Assembly: GCA_026982515.1 (NCBI GenBank)
Contig: JALSGY010000424.1
Span: 1 to 50,338, forward strand
Direction: 5' to 3'
Source of the DNA: Paracoccaceae bacterium
Lineage (GTDB): Bacteria; Pseudomonadota; Alphaproteobacteria; Rhodobacterales; Rhodobacteraceae
Length of the DNA: 50,338 bases
The notes below the pieces were generated by a model. The model saw nothing but the letters and a program-made list of their open reading frames with translations. It had not been told where the DNA came from and ran no database searches. The translations under genes were made by a program, and so were the position numbers. Below, in pieces: positions 8,592 to 16,480 of this stretch. The stretch's first letter is position 1. The number at the start of each line of letters is the position of its first letter.

Positions 8592-8626
8592 CAAAATGAA
8601 GAAGAATCCGCCTGGAGGCGGAGATT
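8592..8626 (-). terminator. Candidate rho-independent terminator downstream of repA
   Basis: Stem tccgcc (8607..8612) / ggcgga (8617..8622) with a 4-nt loop. On the minus strand it is followed by the T-rich run ttcttcttcatttt. It lies about 55 nt past the repA stop. Confidence 0.35.
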
Positions 8627-8677
8627 CCGGGTCCATTGTTTCTGTTTTCAGCCCAATTCGCAACCAGCAAAATGATT

Positions 8678-9697
8678 TTACCGGCCCCGCTCCGCGCGCC
8701 CCTTCACCCAGCCAAGAAACGCACGATCCGGGGCGCCAAGGCGCGGCTTGCCGGAACTGGCCCACCAGGCGCGCCATTGGGCTTCCAGCGCATAGACATC
8801 GGCGCCCGGCAGCAGGGCGCGCGCGTCCTCCAGCGTTTCGGGCCGCAGTTGCGGGGCTTCGGCCGCATCGACCACCACGGCGCGGCGGCTGATGCGGATG
8901 ATGTCGCCCGCTTCCTCGCTCAGGGTGTAATCGGGCAGGCTGTCGGCGCGGATGATCTCGCGCACCATGGCGCGAAACACCCGGCGCGGGCTGACAGAGC
9001 CCGATTTCTTCAGCAGCGTGCTCACCGACACGCGCCAGTCAGGCTGGCGGCCGCAATGTTTGCGCGCCAGTTCATACAGCCGGCGCTCAAGCGGGCGGCG
9101 CAGGTTGAAATAGTCTCTGTTCAAGGTCAAAACCGACTTTGACAGCACCGCGCGATACAGCCATTCCGACAGGGTGACCGACACCGACACCATGCGCCCG
9201 GCGCGGGTCTTGCGCACGATCTCCCAGCTTTCGATCAGCCCGAAACCGGTGGTCACTTCATCCTCGCCGGTGACGATATTGGTGGTGATGCGGGTGCCGG
9301 CCAGGCGTTCGAAGGCGTCGCGCAGCCGCCGGTAGCTGTCGCCCGAGGTTTCGCGCCCGGTCGCCAGCAGCAGGTCATGGGCGGTCAGCGTCAGCCGGCG
9401 CGAGGTCTTGCGCCCGGCATTGAGCGCGGCCATCAGCTGGCTGATGCAGAAGATCAGGATATCGGCGTCAAAGATCGTCGCCCGCCCCTTGACGCTTGGC
9501 GTGATGGTGATCGAGGCGGCGTTGTGCTCATAGCGCAGGATGCGCCGGTCGGGGCGGGTCGACAGCGAAAAGATCGGGTGTTCCATCGAGGCCAGATCAT
9601 GTTTGGGCACCGCACCGAAGAAATCGCAGACGAAGAAATCGCGGCTGGCGGCCGCCCTGCCCTGTCCTGTGCCCTGTCCTGCAACCCCCCCCGTCAC
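8678..9697 (-). CDS. repA: Plasmid replication initiator protein A (RPA/RepA family of Rhodobacterales RepA-type plasmids)
   Basis: Contains DFFVCDFFGAVPKHDLASMEHPIFSLSTRPDRRILRYEHNAASITITPSVKGRATIFDADILIFCISQL, typical of replication initiator protein A. The ORF is open to a TTG at 9937, but that extension would contain the DnaA box and iterons, so I place the start at GTG 9695..9697. The start remains uncertain. Confidence 0.75.
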   Translation of the reverse strand: MTGGVAGQGTGQGRAAASRDFFVCDFFGAVPKHDLASMEHPIFSLSTRPDRRILRYEHNAASITITPSVKGRATIFDADILIFCISQLMAALNAGRKTSRRLTLTAHDLLLATGRETSGDSYRRLRDAFERLAGTRITTNIVTGEDEVTTGFGLIESWEIVRKTRAGRMVSVSVTLSEWLYRAVLSKSVLTLNRDYFNLRRPLERRLYELARKHCGRQPDWRVSVSTLLKKSGSVSPRRVFRAMVREIIRADSLPDYTLSEEAGDIIRISRRAVVVDAAEAPQLRPETLEDARALLPGADVYALEAQWRAWWASSGKPRLGAPDRAFLGWVKGRAERGR

Positions 9698-9783
9698 GCG
9701 CCCTGCCCCTGCCTGTTTTCTGCCCGGTAATCCCGTTTGGTGATCCCGTTTCGGGATTCGTTGTTTCAGTGACACCTTGGTAG

Positions 9784-9792
9784 TTATCCACA
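9784..9792 (+). promoter_or_regulatory. DnaA box, perfect consensus TTATCCACA
   Basis: The sequence ttatccaca is read directly at 9784..9792. Confidence 0.6.
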
Positions 9793-9814
9793 GGGGCCGC
9801 GTCCAGCCCGGTGA

Positions 9815-9874
9815 TCGGGGGATCAGAGTCGGCTTCTCGGGGGTTCGGAATCGCTTTATCGGGGGTTCAGAGTC
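9815..9874 (+). repeat. Three iteron-like direct repeats with 22-bp phasing
   Basis: TCGGGGGATCAGAGTC starts at 9815, TCGGGGGTTCGGAATC at 9837 and TCGGGGGTTCAGAGTC at 9859. The start-to-start spacing is exactly 22 bp. Confidence 0.6.
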
Positions 9875-9942
9875 ACCCGGGCCTGAAAAAGTTGCGAAAA
9901 CCCCTTGTTCTTCCGTGGCTTGCCTGAACCACGCCAATCCCG

Positions 9943-9990
9943 TAACTGATAAGTAACATCAGATAACAGGCCGGTTTTTTTCTTTCGGGT
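9943..9990. other. AT-rich tract (candidate DNA-unwinding element)
   Basis: The sequence taactgataagtaacatcagataacaggccggtttttttctttcgg is much more AT-rich than its surroundings. It contains the ctgat/atcag inverted repeat and a T7 run. Confidence 0.4.
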
Positions 9991-10119
9991 TCCCCAAACC
10001 CCGCTTTCCCCCCGAAAAGGCGGGAATTTGCTTGGAAAACACAGGGTGTGTTCGACGCTTCTTCCCATGTCCCACCTTTTGTGCTACATCGCTCAAAACG
10101 CATAACATCGAGGGTCGGC

Positions 10120-11505
10120 ATGAGCAGCGAAGATCTTCCTCCGTATTTCAACATATCGCCGGATGCAGCCCTGGCCGAGCTTGACCCGCCAACCGGCACC
10201 GCCGGGTTCGGGCAGATCGCCGCCGCCTGCCAGCGCGGGCGCGACGACCTGGCGGGGCGAGGTCTGGACGAAAGCGGCGCGCGCAAGCTGCGGCTGTTTT
10301 CGACCTGGGAAATCACCAAATACCTGATCCCGGTGGCGCCGGCCCATTTCCGCCGCGTGCTGCGCCAGAACCCCGACCTGCCGCAGGGGCGCAGCGAAAC
10401 CGAAGGCGGCGCCAAGTGGTTCACGCTTGACGAGGTGCTGCGCCTGCGGGCGCATTTCGCCAGCCAGGGCTCGAAGGCCAAGGGCTACCTGCCCTACCGC
10501 CCCAAGGGCCAGCCCGCCAAGATCGTGGCGCTGGCCAATTTCAAGGGCGGGGTCGGCAAGACCTCGACCTGCGCGCATCTGGCGATGTCGGCAGCGCTCG
10601 ACGGCTACAGGGTGCTGATGATCGACCTCGACAGCCAGGGCTCGATGACCTCGATCTTCGGCGGGCGGGTGGAGGACGAATGGGGCACGGTGTTTCCGCT
10701 GCTGGCACGCCACTACGGCGAAACGCTGCAGGCCGACAACCAGCGCCGGCTGGACCGCGGCGAGGCCCCCCTGCCCCTCGATGACACGCTGTCAGAGGCG
10801 CTCAGGCTGCGCTCGCAGGACGTGATCGCCAAGACCCACTGGCCCAACATCGACCTGATCGGCGCGCAGCTGAACCTTTACTGGTCCGAGTTCCAGATCC
10901 CGGTATGGCGCATGCAAAGCCGCGGCTGGAAGCTGTGGGACGCGCTCAGCGGGGTGCTGGAGGCCGATGGCGTGCTCGATGAGTATGACATCGTGTTTCT
11001 CGACACGCCCCCTGCCCTTGGCTACCTGACGATCAACGGGCTGGCGGCGGCCGACATCCTGCTGGTGCCGGTTGGCGCGTCGTTTCTGGAGTTCGATTCG
11101 ACGGGGCGGTTCTTCGACATGCTGCACGCGACATTCGCCTCAATCGAAGACGGCGAAAACACCGCCGCGCGCGCCCTGGGCCGGCCCGAGATGGGTTTTG
11201 AATGGGATGCGGTGCGCGCCATCGTGACCCGGTTCGACGCCAGCCAGCAGGCCGAGATGGCCGGGCTGATGCAGGCCTACCTGGGGCGCACGCTCAGCCC
11301 CTACCGGCAGGATTTCACCGCGCTGATCGGCCAGGCCGGGGAAAGCGTGAACGGGATCTACGAAGCCGACTACCGCGATTTCAACCGCGAGACCTACGCC
11401 CGCGGCCGCGCCACGTTTGATGAAACCTATGCCGCGTTCAAGAAGCTTCTGGTCGGGATCTGGCGGCGCGATGAACTGGCGGCGCAGCAGGCGGCGGCCG
11501 AGTAA
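10120..11505 (+). CDS. parA: ParA-family partition ATPase
   Basis: Deviant Walker A motif ANFKGGVGKTSTCAHLA. ATG at 10120 is preceded by GAGGG. It is followed by parB and lies divergent from repA. Confidence 0.85.
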   Translation: MSSEDLPPYFNISPDAALAELDPPTGTAGFGQIAAACQRGRDDLAGRGLDESGARKLRLFSTWEITKYLIPVAPAHFRRVLRQNPDLPQGRSETEGGAKWFTLDEVLRLRAHFASQGSKAKGYLPYRPKGQPAKIVALANFKGGVGKTSTCAHLAMSAALDGYRVLMIDLDSQGSMTSIFGGRVEDEWGTVFPLLARHYGETLQADNQRRLDRGEAPLPLDDTLSEALRLRSQDVIAKTHWPNIDLIGAQLNLYWSEFQIPVWRMQSRGWKLWDALSGVLEADGVLDEYDIVFLDTPPALGYLTINGLAAADILLVPVGASFLEFDSTGRFFDMLHATFASIEDGENTAARALGRPEMGFEWDAVRAIVTRFDASQQAEMAGLMQAYLGRTLSPYRQDFTALIGQAGESVNGIYEADYRDFNRETYARGRATFDETYAAFKKLLVGIWRRDELAAQQAAAE

Positions 11506-11589
11506 AACAAGGCGCGCAACCGGGCAGGGGCGGGGAAATTCCAGAGATGGCTCAGAAAAAATCTTATTTTTCAATGACTTGTTCCTGCG

Positions 11590-11610
11590 GCGTTTCGCGT
11601 GCGAAACATC
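11590..11610. promoter_or_regulatory. parS-like palindrome copy 1 (core GTTTCGCGTGCGAAAC, 11592..11607)
   Basis: Near-perfect 16-bp palindrome in the parA-parB intergenic region. Its reverse complement shares 19 nt (gatgtttcgcacgcgaaac) with the copy at 12721. Confidence 0.5.
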
Positions 11611-11679
11611 GGGGCGCGCGCGGGGGCAGGGTTCTGTTTACCCCGGCGTCGCAGGATGGGGCCGCAGGAGGTGCAAGAC

Positions 11680-12720
11680 ATGGCAAAACGTAAACGGCTG
11701 ACCCCGCCCGAGATCGCGTCGCAACCGGCGCCGGAAACCAAGTCGGTGTCCCATCCGCTTGGCGTGCAGCCGGTGGTGAGCCGGCGGGCGCCGATTGCCC
11801 AGGTGGCGGGCGAGGCGTCGGCCCAGGCGGCGCTGGAAGAGGTGGCGGGCGAGTTGCGCAATGCCCGGACCGGCGGGCGCCTGGTGCTGGAACTGCCGCT
11901 TGACGCGGTGGATGAAACCTACCTGGTGCGCGACCGGCTGGAAACCGAAGGCGATGAGCTGGACGCGCTGATGGAAAGCCTGCGCCAGCGTGGCCAGCAG
12001 ACGCCGATCGAGGTGGTCGAGCTGGGGCAGGGGCGCTACGGGCTGATCTCGGGCTGGCGCCGGCTTGCAGCGCTGCGCCGGCTGCATCAGGGTGGCGGGG
12101 CCGAGGCCGGGGCGGGCGCGGTGCTGGCCCTGCTGCGCCAGCCGGAAACCGCCTCTGATGCCTATCTCGCGATGGTCGAGGAAAACGAGATCCGCACCGG
12201 TCTGTCGTTCTACGAACGCGCGCGCATCGTGGCGAAAGCCGCCGAAAAGCGTGTCTATTCCAACGAAACTGCCGCGCTCAAGGGGCTGTTTGGCAATATC
12301 GCCCGGGCCCGGCGTTCAAAGATCGGGTCATTCCTGAAACTGTACAAGGCGCTCGACAGCCGGCTGCGCTTTCCTTCGGCGATCTCCGAGCGCCTGGGGC
12401 TGGCGCTGGTCAAGGCGCTGGAGGCGGACCCCGAGTTCGGCCCCCGCCTGCGCGACCGGCTGCGCAAGGCCGACGTGCAGAGCGCGGCTGACGAGGTCGC
12501 GCTGCTGGAACGCGCGCTCAAACCCGCGGCCAGGCCGGCGCAGGCGCCGAAAACAGTGTCTGAACCGGGCGAAAAGGGCGAAAAGCGGGAAACAGAGCCT
12601 TCATCCGAGGTCGCGCCGGGGATCCGGCTGCAGGCCGAGCAGGGGCGCCTGGTGCTGAGCGGCAAGGGGGTGGACGCGGCGCTGCAGCGCGATCTTGTTG
12701 CCTGGCTGGCGCGGCGCTGA
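11680..12720 (+). CDS. parB: ParB-family partition protein
   Basis: ATG at 11680 is preceded by GCAGGAGG. ParB N-terminal box-like segments are present: RQRGQQTPIEVVEL..YGLISGWRRLAALRRL and YLAMVEENEIRTGLSFYERARI. Confidence 0.8.
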   Translation: MAKRKRLTPPEIASQPAPETKSVSHPLGVQPVVSRRAPIAQVAGEASAQAALEEVAGELRNARTGGRLVLELPLDAVDETYLVRDRLETEGDELDALMESLRQRGQQTPIEVVELGQGRYGLISGWRRLAALRRLHQGGGAEAGAGAVLALLRQPETASDAYLAMVEENEIRTGLSFYERARIVAKAAEKRVYSNETAALKGLFGNIARARRSKIGSFLKLYKALDSRLRFPSAISERLGLALVKALEADPEFGPRLRDRLRKADVQSAADEVALLERALKPAARPAQAPKTVSEPGEKGEKRETEPSSEVAPGIRLQAEQGRLVLSGKGVDAALQRDLVAWLARR

Positions 12721-12742
12721 GATGTTTCGCACGCGAAACATC
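12721..12742. promoter_or_regulatory. parS-like palindrome copy 2 (GATGTTTCGC-AC-GCGAAACATC)
   Basis: 10-bp perfect arms around a 2-nt centre, starting immediately after the parB stop codon. It has the same core as the 11592 copy but in the opposite orientation. Confidence 0.5.
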
Positions 12743-12756
12743 TGGCGCCTTTCCCC

Positions 12757-12800
12757 ATGAAAAACGGGGCCGGACAGGTGCCCGGCCCCGGAAAGTTTTC
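12757..12800. terminator. Bidirectional rho-independent terminator between convergent parB and the 1057-aa gene
   Basis: 9-bp GC stem cggggccgg (12765..12773) / ccggccccg (12782..12790) with an 8-nt loop. It is flanked by aaaaa (TTTTT on the minus strand) and gaaagtttt on the plus strand. Confidence 0.6.
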
Positions 12801-12814
12801 GGCGTTGCCCTGCC

Positions 12815-15800
12815 TCAGGCGGCCGCTTCGGCAATCAGCAGATCATTCGAATAGATCTCGGTCGGCAGATCGTCGCTGAGGGTCTCATGGCCCGCAGTCA
12901 GCGCCTCCCAGAGCGCCGCCGCCTCGGGTGAGTCCATGTCGGTCTCTGTGCCAACCGTGGACAGCGAGGCCGCGCCGCTGCCGCTGCCGGGGGCCGTAAG
13001 CTGCACGGTCAGCGTGTCAGTGGCATAGTCGATGACCAGATGCGCATCCTGGTTGCCGGACAGGCCAATGAGGCGGATGTCGCTGAGTTCGCCGACCAGT
13101 TCGTCGACCGAGATCAGCTCATATGTTCCGGCGGCAAGGCCCGCGACATCAAGTTCGAGCGTGCCCAGCCCCAGGTTGACGCCCGATGCGATGTCGGGGT
13201 TGTCGCCCATGGCGCCGGTGCGGAATTCCTCGATGGTCGAGAAGCCGCCGGCATCGGCGTCGAAGGACAGGGTGCCGCCGTCGTCCAGCCGCAGCACGCC
13301 GGTATCGCCCTGCGTGCCGTCAAAGCCGACGCTGGCCGCGCTGCCGTCGATGTTCAGGCTGGCGCCGGCTTCGACATCGTATGTGGCCCCGTCGGTTGCC
13401 AGCACGGTCTGGCCGTCGCTGATGTTCATCTGGACATTGCCGTCGACGGTGCCGGTGTTCACGAAGCGCCCGCCGTCGACGTCGATGGTCAGCCGGTCCT
13501 GGTCGCTGTAGCCGTTCATCCAGACCTGGCCGACATTGGAAATATCGAAGTGGCCACCATTGGCCCCGGCCTGGGTCACGCCGTCGATGTTCAGCCGGCC
13601 ATGGGTCACGTTCAGCTCTCCGCCCGATCCGAAATCGAAATCCGCGATCGTGGTGGTGCCGCCGTAGTTGACGATGTTGCCGCCCAGATCGACACTATCG
13701 CCGGCAACAGAGCCGGGCAGATCGTCGCTCGACCAGTTGATCTGATTGTCCCAGCGGATGCCGTCACCCAGATCATTGGGAATGAAACGCAGGGTTTCCG
13801 GGCTGAGCCGGTCGCCCGGGCTGAGGCCGAACCCGACCTGAAAGAAGTCGATGATCAGGTCGGCATCGACATAGTCATCCAGCGAGCCGTCGGCCTGGGC
13901 ACGCAGGAAAGCGGCCAGTTCCGGGATGCCGGCATTCGGGTCGCCCAGAAGCTGCTGGGTGAAGATCTGAATGGTCGTGGCATTGAGCACCGAGGTATCG
14001 AGACCGTCGACATTCTGATCGTCCAGGTTGGGGTCATGGCCCCATTGGGCCTGTCCGCTGCCGACCCAGTTGTAGATGATCGTGTCGTTGTAGAACGGGT
14101 TTTCCTGGTTGCTCAGAGGATAGTTGGAACCCGACTTGGCTGCGATTTCCGCCGGGTTGTTCGGATCGGCAAGGTGGGCGATGATGTTGTCCAGCAGGGT
14201 GGAATCCATCCCGGCATTGCGCACGCCCTCGGCCAGGTAGCCGATGCCGGCTGCCGTTTCCTTGTATCCGGCCGAAGTGATCAGGTTGTCGGAGAACTGG
14301 GTGTAGTTCCCGACAAAACCGGTGCCCTCGAACTCACCTCCGGTGAAGTCCACCGCGGCGTTGTTGTCGAGGAAGACGTTGCTTTCGATAAGGCCGCCGC
14401 TGCGGATGTGGGCGCCGAACATCGAGCCCTGCATCGTGATGTTGTCGCGGAAGGTGACGTCGGTGTTGTCCCAGTCGATGTAGAAGTTGTGATTGAACAT
14501 CGTCGGGGACTGGCCGCCGCTGGTGGACTGGTTGAACTGGTAGTCCGGGGCCCAGCCATTCTGATCGAAAAGCGAGCCTTCGACCAGCACACTGTCACTG
14601 TTGCCGATAAAGCCGCCGGAGGTCATGAGACCGCCACCCGGCCAGGAGCCGGCGCCATCGGGATGCACTGTCCGGAAGACATCGATGATCGAAGAGTCAT
14701 GCAGGGTGAAGCCCTGGGCATTCTGGACGACAAGCCCCATCACGTTGTCATGGGTGACGGTGGTGTTGGTGATGTCCACATTGTCCAGCATCAGGTTCGT
14801 GCCGCTGAGCGCATAGACGCCCCCGGTCACGAAAAGGTCGCTGACGACGATATTTTCGTTTCCGCCGCCCCAGGGCGACAGCGAGATGCTGGTGTTCAGA
14901 ACCGGTTTTGCGCCATCGCCGTAAGCCGTGATATGGACCGGATGCATCGGGTCTTCGCCCATTGTTCCGTCGTCAATGACCGCGCCGAGGTTGTCGTATT
15001 CAAAGCCGCGCTCGAACAGCAGCCAGTCGGAAGACGGAGCGTTCCCGCTGCCGGTCATCCCGTACCAGAGCCGCATCCCGGCCTCGCTGTCGAGCGCCAT
15101 GTCGGGTACGCTGCCATAGTCCGGGTGGGCCTGGAGCCAGTCGGCCGTGATCTGGTTGACGTCCAGCCCCTCGAGGGCCGCGATGTCATTCAGGCTCAGG
15201 GCGTCGTTGCTGCCCGAGATGTAGACTTCGCGGTGATTGTCGCCGGCCTCGACGATAACGTCGCCGTTTGCATCGGTTTCCAGCATGTAGACATTGCCTT
15301 GAGCCCAGCCGGCACCCTGGGTCGGCTGCAGGACGTCGACCGTATTGCCAAAGGATTGCGTGGTGCCGTCCTGGTAGGTGACCTCATAGCTGAAGCTCAG
15401 CTGGCCGCTGTAGTTTTCACCGCTCATGACCAGGGCCAGCGTGTTGTCGGGGTTGACCGAAAGGTGGCCGTATGCCGGCTGCCCGGTGATGCGCACCGAG
15501 TCTATGGAGTCGGCGTTGTCGAGGCGCAGGGTGGTTACCCGGCCGCCGGCGACATCGACACCATTTGACAGCTGTGTCGCCGCGACGCCGCCACCGTTGC
15601 TGGTATCGGTCAGCTGTTCCGGCGCAGTCGGGTCGGGGTTGCTTGGCGCCGGCGGGGTGGGGTCGGTCGGCGGGGTGGGATCGGTCGGTTGCGGATCGGG
15701 TGAACCGGTGTTGGGGTTCGGGGCCGGATCCGGCGTCGGATCGGTCGGCGCAGGATCGGGATCTGGCGCGGGGTCCACCGGGTCGGTCGGCTGCCATGGC

Positions 15801-15988
15801 TCTTCCGGATCGGGATCGACCGGGACAATGACCTCCGTGGGCCCCACGGATGGCTGCGGGGGCTCCTTGTCATTGTTGAAGGCCGTTGGTGCCGGATCTT
15901 CGGAACTGGCTTCGGAGGCCGAATTTCGGCCGAAGGCAGTCCCCAGGACAAGCACTCCGAGCAGAGAAAAGAGCAAGTAGATCATCAT
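12815..15988 (-). CDS. Large secreted or anchored surface protein: N-terminal signal/anchor, P/T/D-rich stalk, Ig/cadherin-like segment, right-handed beta-helix region, repetitive C-terminal beta-rich region
   Basis: The N-terminus MMIYLLFSLLGVLVLGTAFG is hydrophobic. Residues ~56-125 are a Pro/Thr/Asp low-complexity stalk. The centre has beta-helix-like repeats (NIVVSDLFVTGG, NLMLDNVDITNT, FRDNITMQGSMFGAHIRSGGLIESNVFLDNNA). The C-terminal third is Gly/Asp/Val-rich repeats. Confidence 0.75.
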   Translation of the reverse strand: MMIYLLFSLLGVLVLGTAFGRNSASEASSEDPAPTAFNNDKEPPQPSVGPTEVIVPVDPDPEEPWQPTDPVDPAPDPDPAPTDPTPDPAPNPNTGSPDPQPTDPTPPTDPTPPAPSNPDPTAPEQLTDTSNGGGVAATQLSNGVDVAGGRVTTLRLDNADSIDSVRITGQPAYGHLSVNPDNTLALVMSGENYSGQLSFSYEVTYQDGTTQSFGNTVDVLQPTQGAGWAQGNVYMLETDANGDVIVEAGDNHREVYISGSNDALSLNDIAALEGLDVNQITADWLQAHPDYGSVPDMALDSEAGMRLWYGMTGSGNAPSSDWLLFERGFEYDNLGAVIDDGTMGEDPMHPVHITAYGDGAKPVLNTSISLSPWGGGNENIVVSDLFVTGGVYALSGTNLMLDNVDITNTTVTHDNVMGLVVQNAQGFTLHDSSIIDVFRTVHPDGAGSWPGGGLMTSGGFIGNSDSVLVEGSLFDQNGWAPDYQFNQSTSGGQSPTMFNHNFYIDWDNTDVTFRDNITMQGSMFGAHIRSGGLIESNVFLDNNAAVDFTGGEFEGTGFVGNYTQFSDNLITSAGYKETAAGIGYLAEGVRNAGMDSTLLDNIIAHLADPNNPAEIAAKSGSNYPLSNQENPFYNDTIIYNWVGSGQAQWGHDPNLDDQNVDGLDTSVLNATTIQIFTQQLLGDPNAGIPELAAFLRAQADGSLDDYVDADLIIDFFQVGFGLSPGDRLSPETLRFIPNDLGDGIRWDNQINWSSDDLPGSVAGDSVDLGGNIVNYGGTTTIADFDFGSGGELNVTHGRLNIDGVTQAGANGGHFDISNVGQVWMNGYSDQDRLTIDVDGGRFVNTGTVDGNVQMNISDGQTVLATDGATYDVEAGASLNIDGSAASVGFDGTQGDTGVLRLDDGGTLSFDADAGGFSTIEEFRTGAMGDNPDIASGVNLGLGTLELDVAGLAAGTYELISVDELVGELSDIRLIGLSGNQDAHLVIDYATDTLTVQLTAPGSGSGAASLSTVGTETDMDSPEAAALWEALTAGHETLSDDLPTEIYSNDLLIAEAAA
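15614..15823 (-). repeat. Coding low-complexity repeat (PTDP/PDPAP-type stalk)
   Basis: Encodes PVDPDPEEPWQPTDPVDPAPDPDPAPTDPTPDPAPNPNTGSPDPQPTDPTPPTDPTPPAPSNPDPTAPE. The DNA shows reiterated gggtcggtcgg-like units. Confidence 0.8.
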
Positions 15989-16480
15989 GGCAGCGTATTC
16001 CCAGGTTTTGCCGCATCAGCGACGGAGTGGATTTCGGAACGCAGCCCCACATGGTCAAAGCAAAGCCTGCGATGACGGAAGGGCGGAAACTGGCAACGGT
16101 TCACCCGCAGTTTGTCTTTTGTTCCCACGAACTTGGTTAATCCCGCGCAATTACTGAGGCTTTTTTGTGGCGGGCCGGTTCCGGGCAGACGAGTGATTAC
16201 TGGTTGCCGGTGTTCATACTAGGGGTTGTGGGGGAATGTCTCTGCCAGCCTAGGTTTCGTGCATTTTCGCGCAAGACTCTGCCAAGTGCTGGCGGAAATC
16301 CGCCCCTGAAGGCCGATTCGAGAGGGGAAAGGAGGCCTTTCCCGCATTCAGCGGCCGCAGAACCGGCGAGAACCCGCTCAACCGGGCGGTTTGTCTGGCG
16401 CCCGTCCCGTTGCGCGCCTCGGGGTGAACCCCTGGGCGCAGGGGCGATTCCCTGACATGGGGGCCTGACATGGGGGGGCG

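Larger units (their letters stand above)
9698..10119. promoter_or_regulatory. Candidate oriV and divergent repA/parA control region
   Basis: This non-coding stretch between divergent repA and parA contains a DnaA box, phased iterons, an inverted repeat (atcccg-ttt-cgggat, 9743..9757) and the most AT-rich tract in the neighbourhood. Confidence 0.55.

Noticed and set aside
9698-9937. The N-terminal extension of repA to the TTG at 9937, and similar longest-ORF extensions: parA from 10048, parB from 11599, GT2 to 25187, DegT to 7757, GT2 to 42732, asnB from 46341 and wzx from 40080.
   Set aside because: The extensions are Arg/Pro/Gly-rich and lack RBSs. They overlap upstream genes or the iteron and DnaA-box region. 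Internal ATG/GTG starts with SD-like sequences give N-termini that match the family norm.
15614-15823. Reiterated gggtcggtcgg-like DNA as a possible tandem repeat, CRISPR-like array or minisatellite.
   Set aside because: The units are imperfect and have no spacer structure. They are in frame within the 1057-aa ORF and encode a Pro/Thr/Asp linker, so this is a coding low-complexity region.
16414-16440. The GC-rich imperfect hairpin gcgcctcggggtgaacccctgggcgc and the gggaaagg-agg-cctttccc hairpin (~16324..16342), considered as terminators of the lipoprotein gene.
   Set aside because: Neither is followed by a T/U tract on the relevant (minus) strand, and the first has internal mismatches. They could be structural, but the evidence is insufficient.
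16451-16476. A perfect tandem duplication of the 13-mer cctgacatggggg just downstream of the lipoprotein gene stop.
   Set aside because: There are only two copies and no associated structure or ORF. It is most simply a slippage duplication in a 3' UTR, and I could attach no function to it.
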